Assembly: GCA_036567785.1 (NCBI GenBank)
Contig: DATCTV010000054.1
Span: 18,408 to 82,407 of the forward strand
Reading direction: 5' to 3'
Source of the DNA: Desulfomonilia bacterium
Lineage (GTDB): Bacteria; Desulfobacterota; Desulfomonilia; UBA1062
Length of the DNA: 64,000 nt
Shown here: positions 31,251-41,455 of the stretch, one piece after another
Numbering within the stretch: the first letter of the stretch is position 1
Layout of the letters: every line of letters begins with the position of its first letter
Program-made: the position numbers and the translations under genes
Notes under the pieces: model-generated
The model's database searches: none
What the model was told of the DNA's origin: nothing
The model's input: the letters and a program-made list of their open reading frames with translations, nothing else

Positions 31251-32513
31251 ATGCATGACTATTCTTACATAAAAAATGAACTCTGCTGCGGCGACATAAA
31301 ACTTTCAGAAATAGCAGCAGATGTGGGAACCCCTTTTTACTGCTACAGCCTGCCCACTTTAAGACGGCATATAAAGGCTTTTGAAGAGCCTTTGAAAGAC
31401 GTGCCTCATCAGACCTGCTTTTCGATGAAATCAAATGCTAACATGGCAATATTGAGTTTTATGTCATCCATGGGCCTCGGCGCAGATGTTGTTTCAGGCG
31501 GAGAGCTCTTCAAGGCCATGAAGGCTGGCATTCCTGCTGAAAGGATAGTCTATTCGGGTGCGGGCAAGACAACCGCCGAAATAGACATGGCGCTTGAGGC
31601 CGGAATAATGATGTTCAATATCGAAAGCCCGGAAGAGCTTGATGTAGTCAATGAGAGGGCGGGCATCATTGGGAAAAAGGCCCCGATAGCAATACGCGTC
31701 AATCCGGATGTCGACCCAAAGACCCATCCCTATATTTCCACAGGCATGAAGAAAAACAAGTTCGGCATCGATATAGAAGGTTCGATAGCTCAATATATGA
31801 AGGCTAAAAACCTGCCACATGTGGAAACAGTAGGAATCGACTGCCATATCGGCAGCCAGCTTACTGAAATCTCCCCTTTCAGGGATGCGGCTGAACGCCT
31901 GAAAATCCTTGTCGGAAAACTTAGAGAAAACAGTATTGCTTTAAAATACCTTGATCTTGGCGGGGGTCTCGGGATTACCTATTCGAATGAAGAACCGCCG
32001 CAGCCCGCTGATTATGCAAAAACGGTTATTGAGGAAGTCGGTGGATTGGGGCTCAAACTCGTTTTCGAGCCTGGAAGGGTTCTTGTGGGCAATATAGGAG
32101 TTCTTGTTACAACGGTTCAATACAGAAAGGTAACCCCTGCAAAAACATTTATCATCGTCGATGCCGGGATGAATGACCTTGTAAGGCCGTCACTCTATGA
32201 TGCATATCACGAAATAAAACCTCTTCTTGACAGGAAAACTGATGTCGAAAAGGTGGATGTTGTGGGTCCGATATGCGAATCCAGCGATTTTCTGGCTAAA
32301 GACCGCGACCTTCCTCAAGTCGGGCGCGGTGATATGCTGGCAGTGATGAGTGCAGGCGCATACGGTTTTGCCATGAGTTCGAATTACAATGCCAGGACAC
32401 ATATTCCCGAAGTCCTGGTAGATGGGAACAGGTACTTTGTGGTAAGGAAGAGGCAGACTTACGAAGAGCTGATCTCCGGCGAGATTATACCGGAGTCATT
32501 GCTGGGAGGATAG
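31251..32513 (+). CDS. lysA: Diaminopimelate decarboxylase
   Basis: FSMKSN, VSGGE, KFG, HIGSQ, EPGR, GPICESSD, SNYN. Confidence 0.97.
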   Translation: MHDYSYIKNELCCGDIKLSEIAADVGTPFYCYSLPTLRRHIKAFEEPLKDVPHQTCFSMKSNANMAILSFMSSMGLGADVVSGGELFKAMKAGIPAERIVYSGAGKTTAEIDMALEAGIMMFNIESPEELDVVNERAGIIGKKAPIAIRVNPDVDPKTHPYISTGMKKNKFGIDIEGSIAQYMKAKNLPHVETVGIDCHIGSQLTEISPFRDAAERLKILVGKLRENSIALKYLDLGGGLGITYSNEEPPQPADYAKTVIEEVGGLGLKLVFEPGRVLVGNIGVLVTTVQYRKVTPAKTFIIVDAGMNDLVRPSLYDAYHEIKPLLDRKTDVEKVDVVGPICESSDFLAKDRDLPQVGRGDMLAVMSAGAYGFAMSSNYNARTHIPEVLVDGNRYFVVRKRQTYEELISGEIIPESLLGG

Positions 32514-32515
32514 AC

Positions 32516-33388
32516 ATGTTTTCCGGAGCGATAGTAGCGATTGTAACACCCTTTAAAGACGGCATAGTTGACGAAAAGGCATACAAAAAGCTTATCGATC
32601 ATGTTATTGCCGGCGGAGTGTCGGGAATCGTTCCCTGCGGAACCACGGGCGAATCAGCCACGATGTCGCACGAAGAGCATAAAAGGATAATCGATCTGAG
32701 CGTAGCCGAGGTCGGAGGGCGCGTAAAAGTTATTGCGGGTACAGGCTCGAACTCTACTGATGAGGCGATAAGCCTTACGAAACATGCAAAAAAGGCCGGT
32801 GCGGATGGTGTCCTGTCTGTTGTGCCATATTACAACAAGCCTACACCCAAAGGTCTTTTCGCCCATTTCGAAGCAATTGCCAAATCATGCGACATACCGG
32901 TGGTGCTTTACAATATACCCGGAAGGACGGGTATAAATATGCCTGCTGCTACAACGATTGCGCTATCAAAAATAGATACGATAGTCGGTATAAAAGAGGC
33001 GAGCGGAGACTTGAGCCTGGCGTCGCAGATCATAAAGCATGCACGTGGTGATTTTTCTGTCCTTGCCGGAGATGATGCGCTCACGCTACCGATGCTTTCT
33101 ATCGGAGGCAAAGGGGTAATTTCAGTAACGGCTAATATCCTGCCGGATAAGGTTGCGGGATTGATAAAGGCCTGGGAATCAGGGGACTCGGCAAAGGCGA
33201 CCGAGATGCATCTTGATCTTATCGAGTTTCATAATGCCATGTTTATTGAAACCAATCCCATTCCTGTGAAAACAGCACTTTCACTGATGGGATTTATAAA
33301 CGAAGAATTCAGGCTTCCGCTGTGCAAAATGGATACGGCGAACAAGGAAAAACTGGCTATGGCACTAAGAGAGAAAGGCTGCATATAA
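32516..33388 (+). CDS. dapA: 4-hydroxy-tetrahydrodipicolinate synthase
   Basis: GTTGES, PYYNKP, LYNIPGRT, GIKEASG, ETNPIPVK. Confidence 0.97.
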   Translation: MFSGAIVAIVTPFKDGIVDEKAYKKLIDHVIAGGVSGIVPCGTTGESATMSHEEHKRIIDLSVAEVGGRVKVIAGTGSNSTDEAISLTKHAKKAGADGVLSVVPYYNKPTPKGLFAHFEAIAKSCDIPVVLYNIPGRTGINMPAATTIALSKIDTIVGIKEASGDLSLASQIIKHARGDFSVLAGDDALTLPMLSIGGKGVISVTANILPDKVAGLIKAWESGDSAKATEMHLDLIEFHNAMFIETNPIPVKTALSLMGFINEEFRLPLCKMDTANKEKLAMALREKGCI

Positions 33389-33399
33389 GGAGAAGTTCA

Positions 33400-34200
33400 G
33401 TGATTAAAGCCGGTGTTATAGGCATAGGCGGCAGAATGGGAATGCTTATAGCCAGGGGAATAGCTGATGCCCCCGATATGGAGCTTGCCGGTGCACTCGA
33501 AATAACAGGCCACAGACTCATAGGAGAAGATGCGGGCCTTTCCATTGGCAGAGAAAGATGCGGTTGTATAGTTTCAGATAATCCAAGGGCGGCCTTTAAA
33601 AATGCAGATATTATCATAGATTTTACATTTCCCGAGACCACACTTAAAATGATTTCAATAGCCTCCGAGAATAAAAAAGCAATGGTAATAGGAACTACTG
33701 GCTTATCCGATGCACAGAAAACCGAGCTTATGGGTTATGCATGGACGGTTCCCTTTGTTTTTTCTCCCAATATGAGCATTGGCGTAAACGTAATGTTCAA
33801 GGTAGTTGAAGAACTGACACGGCTTTTGGGTGATTCCTATGACATAGAAATAGTTGAGGCACATCACAGACTCAAGAAAGATGCACCATCAGGAACAGCA
33901 CTGGGACTTGCACAGTCCGTTGCAAAAGCAAGAGAAGTTTCTCTGAAGGACAAGGTCCGGTTTGAGCGCCATGGCATGATCGGTGAAAGACCTGATGGAG
34001 AAATAGGAATCCAGACTGTAAGGGCAGGCGATATCGTTGGCGACCACACCGTCTATTTTGCCGGCAATGGAGAAAGGATCGAGCTCAAACACCAGGCGCA
34101 TTCAAGAGAGAACTTTGCGGCAGGTGCTATTAAGGCAACAAGGTGGATTGCCGGAAAGGCCCCTGGGGCCTATACGATGATTGATGTCCTGGGGATCTGA
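33400..34200 (+). CDS. dapB: 4-hydroxy-tetrahydrodipicolinate reductase
   Basis: GTG start after SD AGGAG; GIGGRMG, IGTTG, EAHHRLKKDAPSGTA. Confidence 0.96.
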   Translation: MIKAGVIGIGGRMGMLIARGIADAPDMELAGALEITGHRLIGEDAGLSIGRERCGCIVSDNPRAAFKNADIIIDFTFPETTLKMISIASENKKAMVIGTTGLSDAQKTELMGYAWTVPFVFSPNMSIGVNVMFKVVEELTRLLGDSYDIEIVEAHHRLKKDAPSGTALGLAQSVAKAREVSLKDKVRFERHGMIGERPDGEIGIQTVRAGDIVGDHTVYFAGNGERIELKHQAHSRENFAAGAIKATRWIAGKAPGAYTMIDVLGI

Positions 34201-34209
34201 AAAATTATC

Positions 34210-34953
34210 ATGAAAATCGGCAGGGCCATTACCGGGGATAATTTGATCGTTAATTTCTGTATGGTGGATGGCGTCACACCGCGACTCTGTGAAAATGAAT
34301 CGGGAAAACCGGGTAAAGAGATTTCAATTAAAAAAATTCTTCCGCCTGTTGTTCCTTCAAAGGTGGTGTGTGTAGGTCTTAATTATCGTGATCATGCAAA
34401 AGAGCTCGGTCTTGACCTTCCGAAAGAACCGCTCATCTTCATCAAACCGGGCACTTCAGTCATCGGCCATCTTGATAACATCCTTTACCCCGTTCAGTCC
34501 GAACGTGTGGATTATGAGGCCGAACTTGCCGTTGTTATATCAAGACCATGTTCAAAGGTAAGCCCTGAAGAAGCGGCAGGTTATGTTCAGGGATATACAT
34601 GTCTTAACGATGTAACCGCACGGGACCTTCAGATCAAGGACGGACAGTGGACGAGGGCCAAATCATTCGACACCTTCTGCCCCATTGGTCCCCATATTGA
34701 AACAGAAATAAGCGATCCCAATAATCTTGATATAAGGCTTGTCCTTAACGGAGAAATCAGGCAGGCATCCAATACCTCGAATCTGATTTTTCCGGTGAAT
34801 GAGCTTATTTCCACGATCTCTCATATAATGACCCTTAATGAAGGTGATATAATTGCAACCGGGACACCATCAGGTATAGGCCCTATGAATAGGGGCGACA
34901 AGGTATGTGTTGAGATAGAAGGCATAGGTGTCCTTGAAAATATGCTTGTATAA
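34210..34953 (+). CDS. Fumarylacetoacetate hydrolase family protein
   Basis: VGLNYRDHA, DYEAEL, NDVTARDLQ, RAKSFDTFCPIGP, TGTPSG. Confidence 0.92.
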   Translation: MKIGRAITGDNLIVNFCMVDGVTPRLCENESGKPGKEISIKKILPPVVPSKVVCVGLNYRDHAKELGLDLPKEPLIFIKPGTSVIGHLDNILYPVQSERVDYEAELAVVISRPCSKVSPEEAAGYVQGYTCLNDVTARDLQIKDGQWTRAKSFDTFCPIGPHIETEISDPNNLDIRLVLNGEIRQASNTSNLIFPVNELISTISHIMTLNEGDIIATGTPSGIGPMNRGDKVCVEIEGIGVLENMLV

Positions 34954-35435
34954 TGCTCGGTTATCTTTCGATAGGATCAAACATCGGGAACAGAAAGAAA
35001 TACCTTGAAAACGCCCTGTCAGAATTGACACTTAGAAAAATCAATATATTAAAGAAATCCTCCATATACGAATCGCTGCCGTTTGAAACAGATGATTTTC
35101 AGGGAAACTATCTGAATATGGCGGTGATGGTATCATTTGATATGGGGCCGTTTGCGCTTTTAAAAGACTGCCTTGATATTGAAAATAAACTGGGGCGTAT
35201 AAGACCATATCGCCATGCACCGAGGACTTTGGATATTGACATCCTCATGGTTGAGCATATTTTTATTCGTACGGATGTTCTGATACTGCCGCATCCGGGA
35301 ATTGAAAAACGTGCTTTTGTAATCTGGCCGCTTGGCGAAATTTCACCGGATATGTTACTGCCGTCAGGCAGATATATTCGTGAGGTTAAAGAATCATTAA
35401 AAGATAGTGAAAATTTAAATATATGGAAAATATAG
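34953..35435 (+). CDS. folK: 2-amino-4-hydroxy-6-hydroxymethyldihydropteridine diphosphokinase
   Basis: YLSIGSNIG, PRTLDIDIL, LPHP, RAFV. Confidence 0.93.
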   Translation: MLGYLSIGSNIGNRKKYLENALSELTLRKINILKKSSIYESLPFETDDFQGNYLNMAVMVSFDMGPFALLKDCLDIENKLGRIRPYRHAPRTLDIDILMVEHIFIRTDVLILPHPGIEKRAFVIWPLGEISPDMLLPSGRYIREVKESLKDSENLNIWKI

Positions 35436-36937
35436 ATCAAACTTCAGAATCCGAGCAGAAACGAAAGGTCCTGGTTATTGACGACAATCAGATCGTCAAT
35501 AAAGTTATTTCAGATTATCTGAAAGAATACGGGTTCATGGTGAATCAGGCATATGACGGTCCTTCAGCCATAGAGATATTCGACAAAGAAAGGCATGATC
35601 TTGTTTTTCTTGATTACCGCATGCCGGAAATGGACGGCATGGAGGTTTTAAAGGGAATAAAAAACCTTGATGAAAATGCATTTGTTATCTTCATGACCGG
35701 CGAAGGTTCGGAAGATATTGCAGTAACCGCAATGAAATCGGGTGCGGTGGATTATCTGACAAAACCCATATCATATACCGACCTTGCCCATCTGGCCGGA
35801 AAGTGGATAAAGGAACATGATCTCCTTCTCGAGAATATCAGATTAAAGACTGTTTCGGAGGCACATAAGAATTATATAGTCAGTATTACGGAAACACTGG
35901 GGGAGGCGGTGATTACCACAGATCCTCAAGGCAGGATAAACTTTATGAACTCTACCGCCTTAAGACTCTGGGGGGCAACCGGCAGCCTCAACGGACAGGA
36001 TATCGGCATTTTATTACATAACCTTCATCGTGACATCTTTGCAGAGCTTAACAGTGCCCTGGATGAAGGAATTGACAAGTATGAGGTTGAGTGTCTGTTC
36101 AAAAGACTTGACGGGTGTACTTTCCCGGGATTTATGACTGCATCCAGGCTTAATATAGATCCATACCAAGATTATATAGTCGTAGTTGTGCGCGATCTGA
36201 GCGATATCGATGAAATGCGCAGGCGGATGATCAATACGGAAAAGCTTGCATCCCTTGGCAAAGTAGTAGAAGGGGTCGCTCATGAAATAAGAAACTCACT
36301 GACCTCACTGGGTGGTTTCTCGAGGAGACTCGGAAAGGTAATTCAGGATTCGGGAGAACCCAAGCTTTATCTCGATTATATCATGGATGATGTAAGAAGA
36401 CTTGAGAACGTGATCCAGGAAATAGAAGAATATGTAAATTATACAAAAATACATAAACCCATGTTCGTTCAATTGGATATCAGAGATGTTATCGATGAAG
36501 CTATTCAACAGATTTTTGCCAATGGATCATTTCCAGGGATCAGGTATATGGTGAATACCCCCGATGGGCTTCCTAATATACAGGCTGACAAGGATTTCAT
36601 TATTGAAGCGTTCGGAAACATTATAAAAAATGCCTGTGAGGCAATGGGATTGGAGGGGTTGCTGGAAATAAACGTAGAGATTGACCCTGAATACATGATT
36701 GTGGATTTTGTCGATACAGGAAGAGGTATTCCGCCGGACGAGATAAAGGAGATATTCAATCCGTTTTTTACCACCAAACAGAAAGGTGCCGGGGTGGGAC
36801 TGACAAAAGTATATATGATCCTGGAGGAGCATGGCGGTTATATAACTGTAAAAAGTGCTCTCGGCAAAGGCACCAGAATGAGGGTATATCTCCCGAGGTT
36901 CCTGTCCCAGAAAAAGCTTATGGCGCAAAGCTGCTGA
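35423..36937 (+). CDS. Hybrid sensor kinase REC-PAS-HisKA-HATPase
   Basis: LDYRMP receiver; AHEIRN H-box; NIIKNA, DTGRGI, FNPFFTTK, GAGVGL. Confidence 0.92.
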   Translation: MENIDQTSESEQKRKVLVIDDNQIVNKVISDYLKEYGFMVNQAYDGPSAIEIFDKERHDLVFLDYRMPEMDGMEVLKGIKNLDENAFVIFMTGEGSEDIAVTAMKSGAVDYLTKPISYTDLAHLAGKWIKEHDLLLENIRLKTVSEAHKNYIVSITETLGEAVITTDPQGRINFMNSTALRLWGATGSLNGQDIGILLHNLHRDIFAELNSALDEGIDKYEVECLFKRLDGCTFPGFMTASRLNIDPYQDYIVVVVRDLSDIDEMRRRMINTEKLASLGKVVEGVAHEIRNSLTSLGGFSRRLGKVIQDSGEPKLYLDYIMDDVRRLENVIQEIEEYVNYTKIHKPMFVQLDIRDVIDEAIQQIFANGSFPGIRYMVNTPDGLPNIQADKDFIIEAFGNIIKNACEAMGLEGLLEINVEIDPEYMIVDFVDTGRGIPPDEIKEIFNPFFTTKQKGAGVGLTKVYMILEEHGGYITVKSALGKGTRMRVYLPRFLSQKKLMAQSC

Positions 36938-36996
36938 TTTATGATAATTAATGGGTTCACCTGAAAAGACCGATTAGAAAATGTAAGGATAAAAAT

Positions 36997-37620
36997 ATGT
37001 TTTCATCAAGAGTGAATGGCATAATTAAAATTTTAAGCTTTACGCTGATAGCCATTTCTATCCCCTTTTTCCCATGCAAAGCGGACATTTATAAACAGGT
37101 GCTTCCTGACGGTACATTATATTTCACCAACTGCCCCATAGACAGAAGCGATATGAAGCTTTATTTGAAAGAGAAGCGCAAGATAAAAACGAAGTCATAT
37201 TCCGGCATCAGCCGCATACCGCAGTTCAAGCTTTCAAACAAAAAATACGACCAGTTGATTCAGGAATATTCAAGGCTTCACGGGGTAGACCCCTTACTGG
37301 TAAAGTGTGTCATGGAATTGGAATCGGGTTACAATCCCATGGCGCTGTCCTCGAAAGGGGCAATCGGGCTCATGCAGCTCATGCCCGGAACTGCAAGCAT
37401 TCTAGGCGTCAATCCCTGGGATGAAGAGGAGAACATCAAGGGGGGTACAAGATATCTGGCAGATATGCTGAACCGGTATAACTGGGATATCGAAAAGGCG
37501 CTTGCCGCATATAACGCAGGCCCCGGCGCAGTCGATAAATGGGGCGGCATCCCTCCTTATCAGGAAACGCAGGATTATGTTCGAATTATCAAGGCGAATT
37601 ACAACAGTAAGGTAAAATAA
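36997..37620 (+). CDS. Lytic transglycosylase (DUF4124 plus SLT)
   Basis: ESGYNP, SSKGAIGLMQLMP, LAAYNAGPG, PPYQETQDYV. Confidence 0.92.
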   Translation: MFSSRVNGIIKILSFTLIAISIPFFPCKADIYKQVLPDGTLYFTNCPIDRSDMKLYLKEKRKIKTKSYSGISRIPQFKLSNKKYDQLIQEYSRLHGVDPLLVKCVMELESGYNPMALSSKGAIGLMQLMPGTASILGVNPWDEEENIKGGTRYLADMLNRYNWDIEKALAAYNAGPGAVDKWGGIPPYQETQDYVRIIKANYNSKVK

Positions 37621-37622
37621 CT

Positions 37623-38156
37623 ATGAATATAGCCAATATCCTTACAATGTCCCGCATCGTGATGGTTCCGATTATAGCCGTGCTAATGGTTTATGAATCA
37701 TTCTGGGCTTCCATTGCGGCGGCGGCTATTTTCGGTCTGGGAACATTTACCGATTTTCTGGATGGGTATCTGGCCAGAAACTACAACATGGAATCAAACC
37801 TCGGGAAACTGCTGGACCCTCTTGCAGACAAATTGATGGTATGCACGATCCTGATATTTCTTATTCCGATGGGAAGGGCTCCTGCCTGGATAGTTGCAGT
37901 AATAATAGGCCGGGAGCTTGCCGTAACAGGTATAAGGGCAATCGCTTCAGAGCAGAATGTGATAATCGCCGCATCATGGCTGGGGAAATACAAGACAGCC
38001 TTTCAGTGTACGGCGATTATCGGACTCCTGATTCATTATACAATACTCGGTATAGAATTTCAGAAAGCAGGCGAATTTTTTCTATTGATAGCCTGCTTCT
38101 TCACCATCTGGAGCGGTTGGGATTATATTTACAGCCACATCAAGGCTGTCGCATGA
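37623..38156 (+). CDS. pgsA: CDP-diacylglycerol--glycerol-3-phosphate 3-phosphatidyltransferase
   Basis: TDFLDGYLAR, GKLLDPLADK, RELAVTGIR. Confidence 0.95.
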   Translation: MNIANILTMSRIVMVPIIAVLMVYESFWASIAAAAIFGLGTFTDFLDGYLARNYNMESNLGKLLDPLADKLMVCTILIFLIPMGRAPAWIVAVIIGRELAVTGIRAIASEQNVIIAASWLGKYKTAFQCTAIIGLLIHYTILGIEFQKAGEFFLLIACFFTIWSGWDYIYSHIKAVA

Positions 38157-38372
38157 TCAGTGAGACGCCTTCTGCTCGGGGGCTGTCGTGATGCCAAGTT
38201 GCTCGTAAAGCGGGCAATAACCAGACATAACACTTGAGATCAGGGATGCTCCGCCAAGCATCAGAAGAAGCCCGAACTTACCTTTAAGCCACCCTTTCAA
38301 AAAAGCGATAGAAGTCAAAAAAACAATAAGAGCCCTGACAAGTCTGTCGGCTGTTCCTACATTTTTATCCAT
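38157..38372 (-). CDS. DUF2892 (YgaP-like) membrane protein
   Basis: MDKNVGTADR...SGYCPLYEQLGITT. Confidence 0.85.
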   Translation of the reverse strand: MDKNVGTADRLVRALIVFLTSIAFLKGWLKGKFGLLLMLGGASLISSVMSGYCPLYEQLGITTAPEQKASH

Positions 38373-38524
38373 TGAAGCCTCCATAAGGATTTTGTTTGTA
38401 ATTATTTCAGTCAAAAACCAGAAGCAGTTTAACCTGAAAATATCATTCCTGGCAATCCCTGATGCTTATTGACACCAGATAATACTTGTTTATTCTTTTC
38501 ACAAGATATCATGAAGGAGATAAC

Positions 38525-38842
38525 ATGGAACTGAGCTTTGTTTATATAACGGCTTCAAATGTGGCTGAGGCAGAAAAAATAGGATCGATGCTGGTGGAAA
38601 AGAGACTCGCCGCCTGTGTCAATATATTTGAGAAGATGACCTCCATCTATCGTTGGGAAGGAAAGGTTCATAAAGAAGAGGAAACAGTCATCATTGCAAA
38701 AACAAGGACCGGATTAATCGATGAATTGACAGCGAAGGTCAGGGAACTTCACAGCTACACTGTTCCCTGTATAGTCAGTCTGCCTGTCGCTGGAGGTAAT
38801 CCTGATTTCTTGAACTGGATTGAAAATGAAACGAAACCTTAA
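38525..38842 (+). CDS. cutA: Divalent-cation tolerance protein CutA
   Basis: LVEKRLAACVN, SIYRWEG, HSYTVPCI. Confidence 0.93.
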   Translation: MELSFVYITASNVAEAEKIGSMLVEKRLAACVNIFEKMTSIYRWEGKVHKEEETVIIAKTRTGLIDELTAKVRELHSYTVPCIVSLPVAGGNPDFLNWIENETKP

Positions 38843-38844
38843 TC

Positions 38845-40416
38845 CTATCTTTCACCAGTTATATAGATAGTCAGTTTATCACCGGGGCGGATGCTGGATG
38901 AGGAATTCAGCTGGTTCCATTTCTTGATATCTGCTTCTTTAACCTCATAAAGTTTTGATATCTTCCAGATCGTATCACCCTTTTTAACATTATATCTTAG
39001 CACGCGGGGTTTTTTGTTAATGGAGGTCATGCTTGCATATCTGGACTTATTTTTCTCAACGGCCATATCTGATTTTATGGTTGCATCCTCCAATTCCTCA
39101 TCCTGCTGACTGTTTTTATGAGTTCTGAAATCCTTTGAAGCGAGGATCTTCTTTTCCTTTTGTTTCATGTAAATATCTTCTGGTATTATTAAAACAGTTC
39201 CCGGGGAAAGCTTGTCCTTTTTATCTATCCTGTTGAATACCAGAATCTTATCGGTTGTTGTGTCATGTTTTTTTGCAATCGAATAAAGGGTATCACCTTT
39301 CTGAACGGCATATGAAGCATATTGAACGGATAGATTTTTATCTGATTTCAATGATGATGCAACTAGTTCTCCGGTGCCTGCAGGCACCTTCAGTTTGTAC
39401 TCTTTTGCGCGGGGGGGGGTGCATTTTCTTATAAGTTCCGGATTGAGAGAGGTAATAGCGGAAACAGGGCTGCCTGTTATGCCTGATATCTTTTCGAATG
39501 TAATGTATGAGTTGACTGTGACTGTATCATAGCATGCAGGTTCTGCGTCAATGGCCTGGGGGATATTGTATTTATCGCGGTTTCTGCCGATCTGTACTGC
39601 CGCGAGTATTTTAGGGACAAATGCAATTGTTTCGTATTTATATATCATGTCCGGTGAGATGTCCCAGAATGTTTTTACATCACTGTTTTTTTTCATTAGC
39701 CGGTCTATTGCCATTTCGCCGGCATTGTATGCGGCGCAGGCAAGCAGCCAGTCGCCGAACATTTTATAAAGCTCTTTGAGATATTTTGCTGCAGCCCTTG
39801 TTGATTTATCCAGGTCTCTCCTTTCATCGACCCAACGATCGATCTTAAGTCCGTAAAGCCTTGCCGTACCGGGTAGAAACTGCCAGTAACCGCAGGCTCC
39901 CGAAGGTGATAAGGCATTGGGATTACCGCCGCTTTCTACAAAAGCCAGGTATACAAGATCCTTTGGGATGCCCTGCTCCTCAAGGATAGCCTCCATCCTC
40001 GGACGCACCTTTTCAAACCGGTTGAGTTCGCCGATATAATAAGCCCTGTCTTTACCGAGAGCCTTATCAATATATTTTTTTGTTTCGATGTTATCCATAC
40101 CAGGCAATCTGCAGGCTGAAACTTTTGTATCGGCGTTTTGTTTTTCTTCAGCGCCGTCACCAGTTGGTCCCTTATTTTGATTATCTATATATTTTTTATT
40201 TTCTGTTAATACCTGATTGGTTTCGGGTTCGATTTGGTTTGTTTCAGGCGGTATCTGTTTATTTTCTTCTATGATTGGCTTATTACCTTGAGGCTGGTTA
40301 TGGTCCCCATGCCCGGTTATATCGGGAGGCGGGTATGTCTGCGGCATGTGTGAACATGATAAAAAGACAAATGCATAAAGCAGAAGCCATATTAAATTTC
40401 CCTTCAACTTCAGCAT
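38845..40416 (-). CDS. mltD: MltD-like lytic transglycosylase lipoprotein with two LysM domains
   Basis: Lipobox FLSC; FVESG, GYWQF, DERRD, AAYNAGE, LNP; LysM VQKGDTLYSIA and VKKGDTIWKIS. Confidence 0.88.
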   Translation of the reverse strand: MLKLKGNLIWLLLYAFVFLSCSHMPQTYPPPDITGHGDHNQPQGNKPIIEENKQIPPETNQIEPETNQVLTENKKYIDNQNKGPTGDGAEEKQNADTKVSACRLPGMDNIETKKYIDKALGKDRAYYIGELNRFEKVRPRMEAILEEQGIPKDLVYLAFVESGGNPNALSPSGACGYWQFLPGTARLYGLKIDRWVDERRDLDKSTRAAAKYLKELYKMFGDWLLACAAYNAGEMAIDRLMKKNSDVKTFWDISPDMIYKYETIAFVPKILAAVQIGRNRDKYNIPQAIDAEPACYDTVTVNSYITFEKISGITGSPVSAITSLNPELIRKCTPPRAKEYKLKVPAGTGELVASSLKSDKNLSVQYASYAVQKGDTLYSIAKKHDTTTDKILVFNRIDKKDKLSPGTVLIIPEDIYMKQKEKKILASKDFRTHKNSQQDEELEDATIKSDMAVEKNKSRYASMTSINKKPRVLRYNVKKGDTIWKISKLYEVKEADIKKWNQLNSSSSIRPGDKLTIYITGER

Positions 40417-40585
40417 TTTAAAAGGTTACCTCCCTGATGAACAGTTTTACATAGGTTTTCATCATTTACAAAAAATAAATGAATCTTTCAAGCTTAATAT
40501 TTCGTCTATATTTTGCTTAGAAAAGGCAAATATTGACGATAAAACAAAGAAAATATAGATTAATAACTGGAGGGTAAGGAAAAAC

Positions 40586-41443
40586 ATGAATCTGCCAGTA
40601 ATCAGAAATAACAGTTCATCAGAACTTATAAGAAGATTTGAAATGTTCCCTGTTATCTCCAGAGAAGAGGAGTATTCTCTGGCTAAACGGCTGAGGGATT
40701 ATAATGATGTTGAGGCGGCACAAAGTCTCATAACTTCGAATCTCAGAAACGTTGTAAGAATAGCAATGGATTATGAAGGATATGGACTGCCTATTGAAGA
40801 TATTATCCAGGAAGGCACCATCGGTTTGATGATTGCCGTCAAGAAGTATGACCCTGATAAGGGTTACAGGCTTATGACCTATGCGGTGTGGTGGATAAAG
40901 GCCATGATACACGATTACATCCTTAAATTTTTCTCGCATGTGAGAATCGGTACGACAAAACTTCAAAAAAAGCTTTTCTATGGACTTAATAAGCTTACCA
41001 GAGAAGAACACCTCGAGGGTCAGAATATTGACAGTAGATCTCAGGCAATATCTGCAAAGCTTTCTGTCGATCAGAAGCAGATTGAGGATATAATTTCCAG
41101 ACTGTCATCAAGGGATCAGTCTCTTGACAGTCCAATAGCTACAGACAGTGATACAAGCTTTCTGGATTTTCTGGCGGACACAAGGTCAAATCCTGAAGAT
41201 AAGTTTATTGAAAAAGAGACAAGTGAAAATGTTAAAAAACATATAGAGACAGCACTTTCAATGCTGTCGGAAAGAGAAAAGGATATAGCCGTACACAGGC
41301 TGATGGTTGACAGGCCTGTTACTCTGGATGAATTGGGGAATAAATATAATATATCCAGGGAGCGTGTGCGGCAGATAGAAAATGCAGTAAGAATAAAGCT
41401 TAAAGATGCACTTAAAGGTAATATCGAATATATGACAATATGA
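40586..41443 (+). CDS. rpoH: RNA polymerase sigma-32 factor
   Basis: SNLRNVV, DIIQEG, YAVWWIKA, RpoH-box-like QKKLFYGL, SRERVRQIE. Confidence 0.88.
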   Translation: MNLPVIRNNSSSELIRRFEMFPVISREEEYSLAKRLRDYNDVEAAQSLITSNLRNVVRIAMDYEGYGLPIEDIIQEGTIGLMIAVKKYDPDKGYRLMTYAVWWIKAMIHDYILKFFSHVRIGTTKLQKKLFYGLNKLTREEHLEGQNIDSRSQAISAKLSVDQKQIEDIISRLSSRDQSLDSPIATDSDTSFLDFLADTRSNPEDKFIEKETSENVKKHIETALSMLSEREKDIAVHRLMVDRPVTLDELGNKYNISRERVRQIENAVRIKLKDALKGNIEYMTI

Positions 41444-41455
41444 AGGGGGAGAGAA

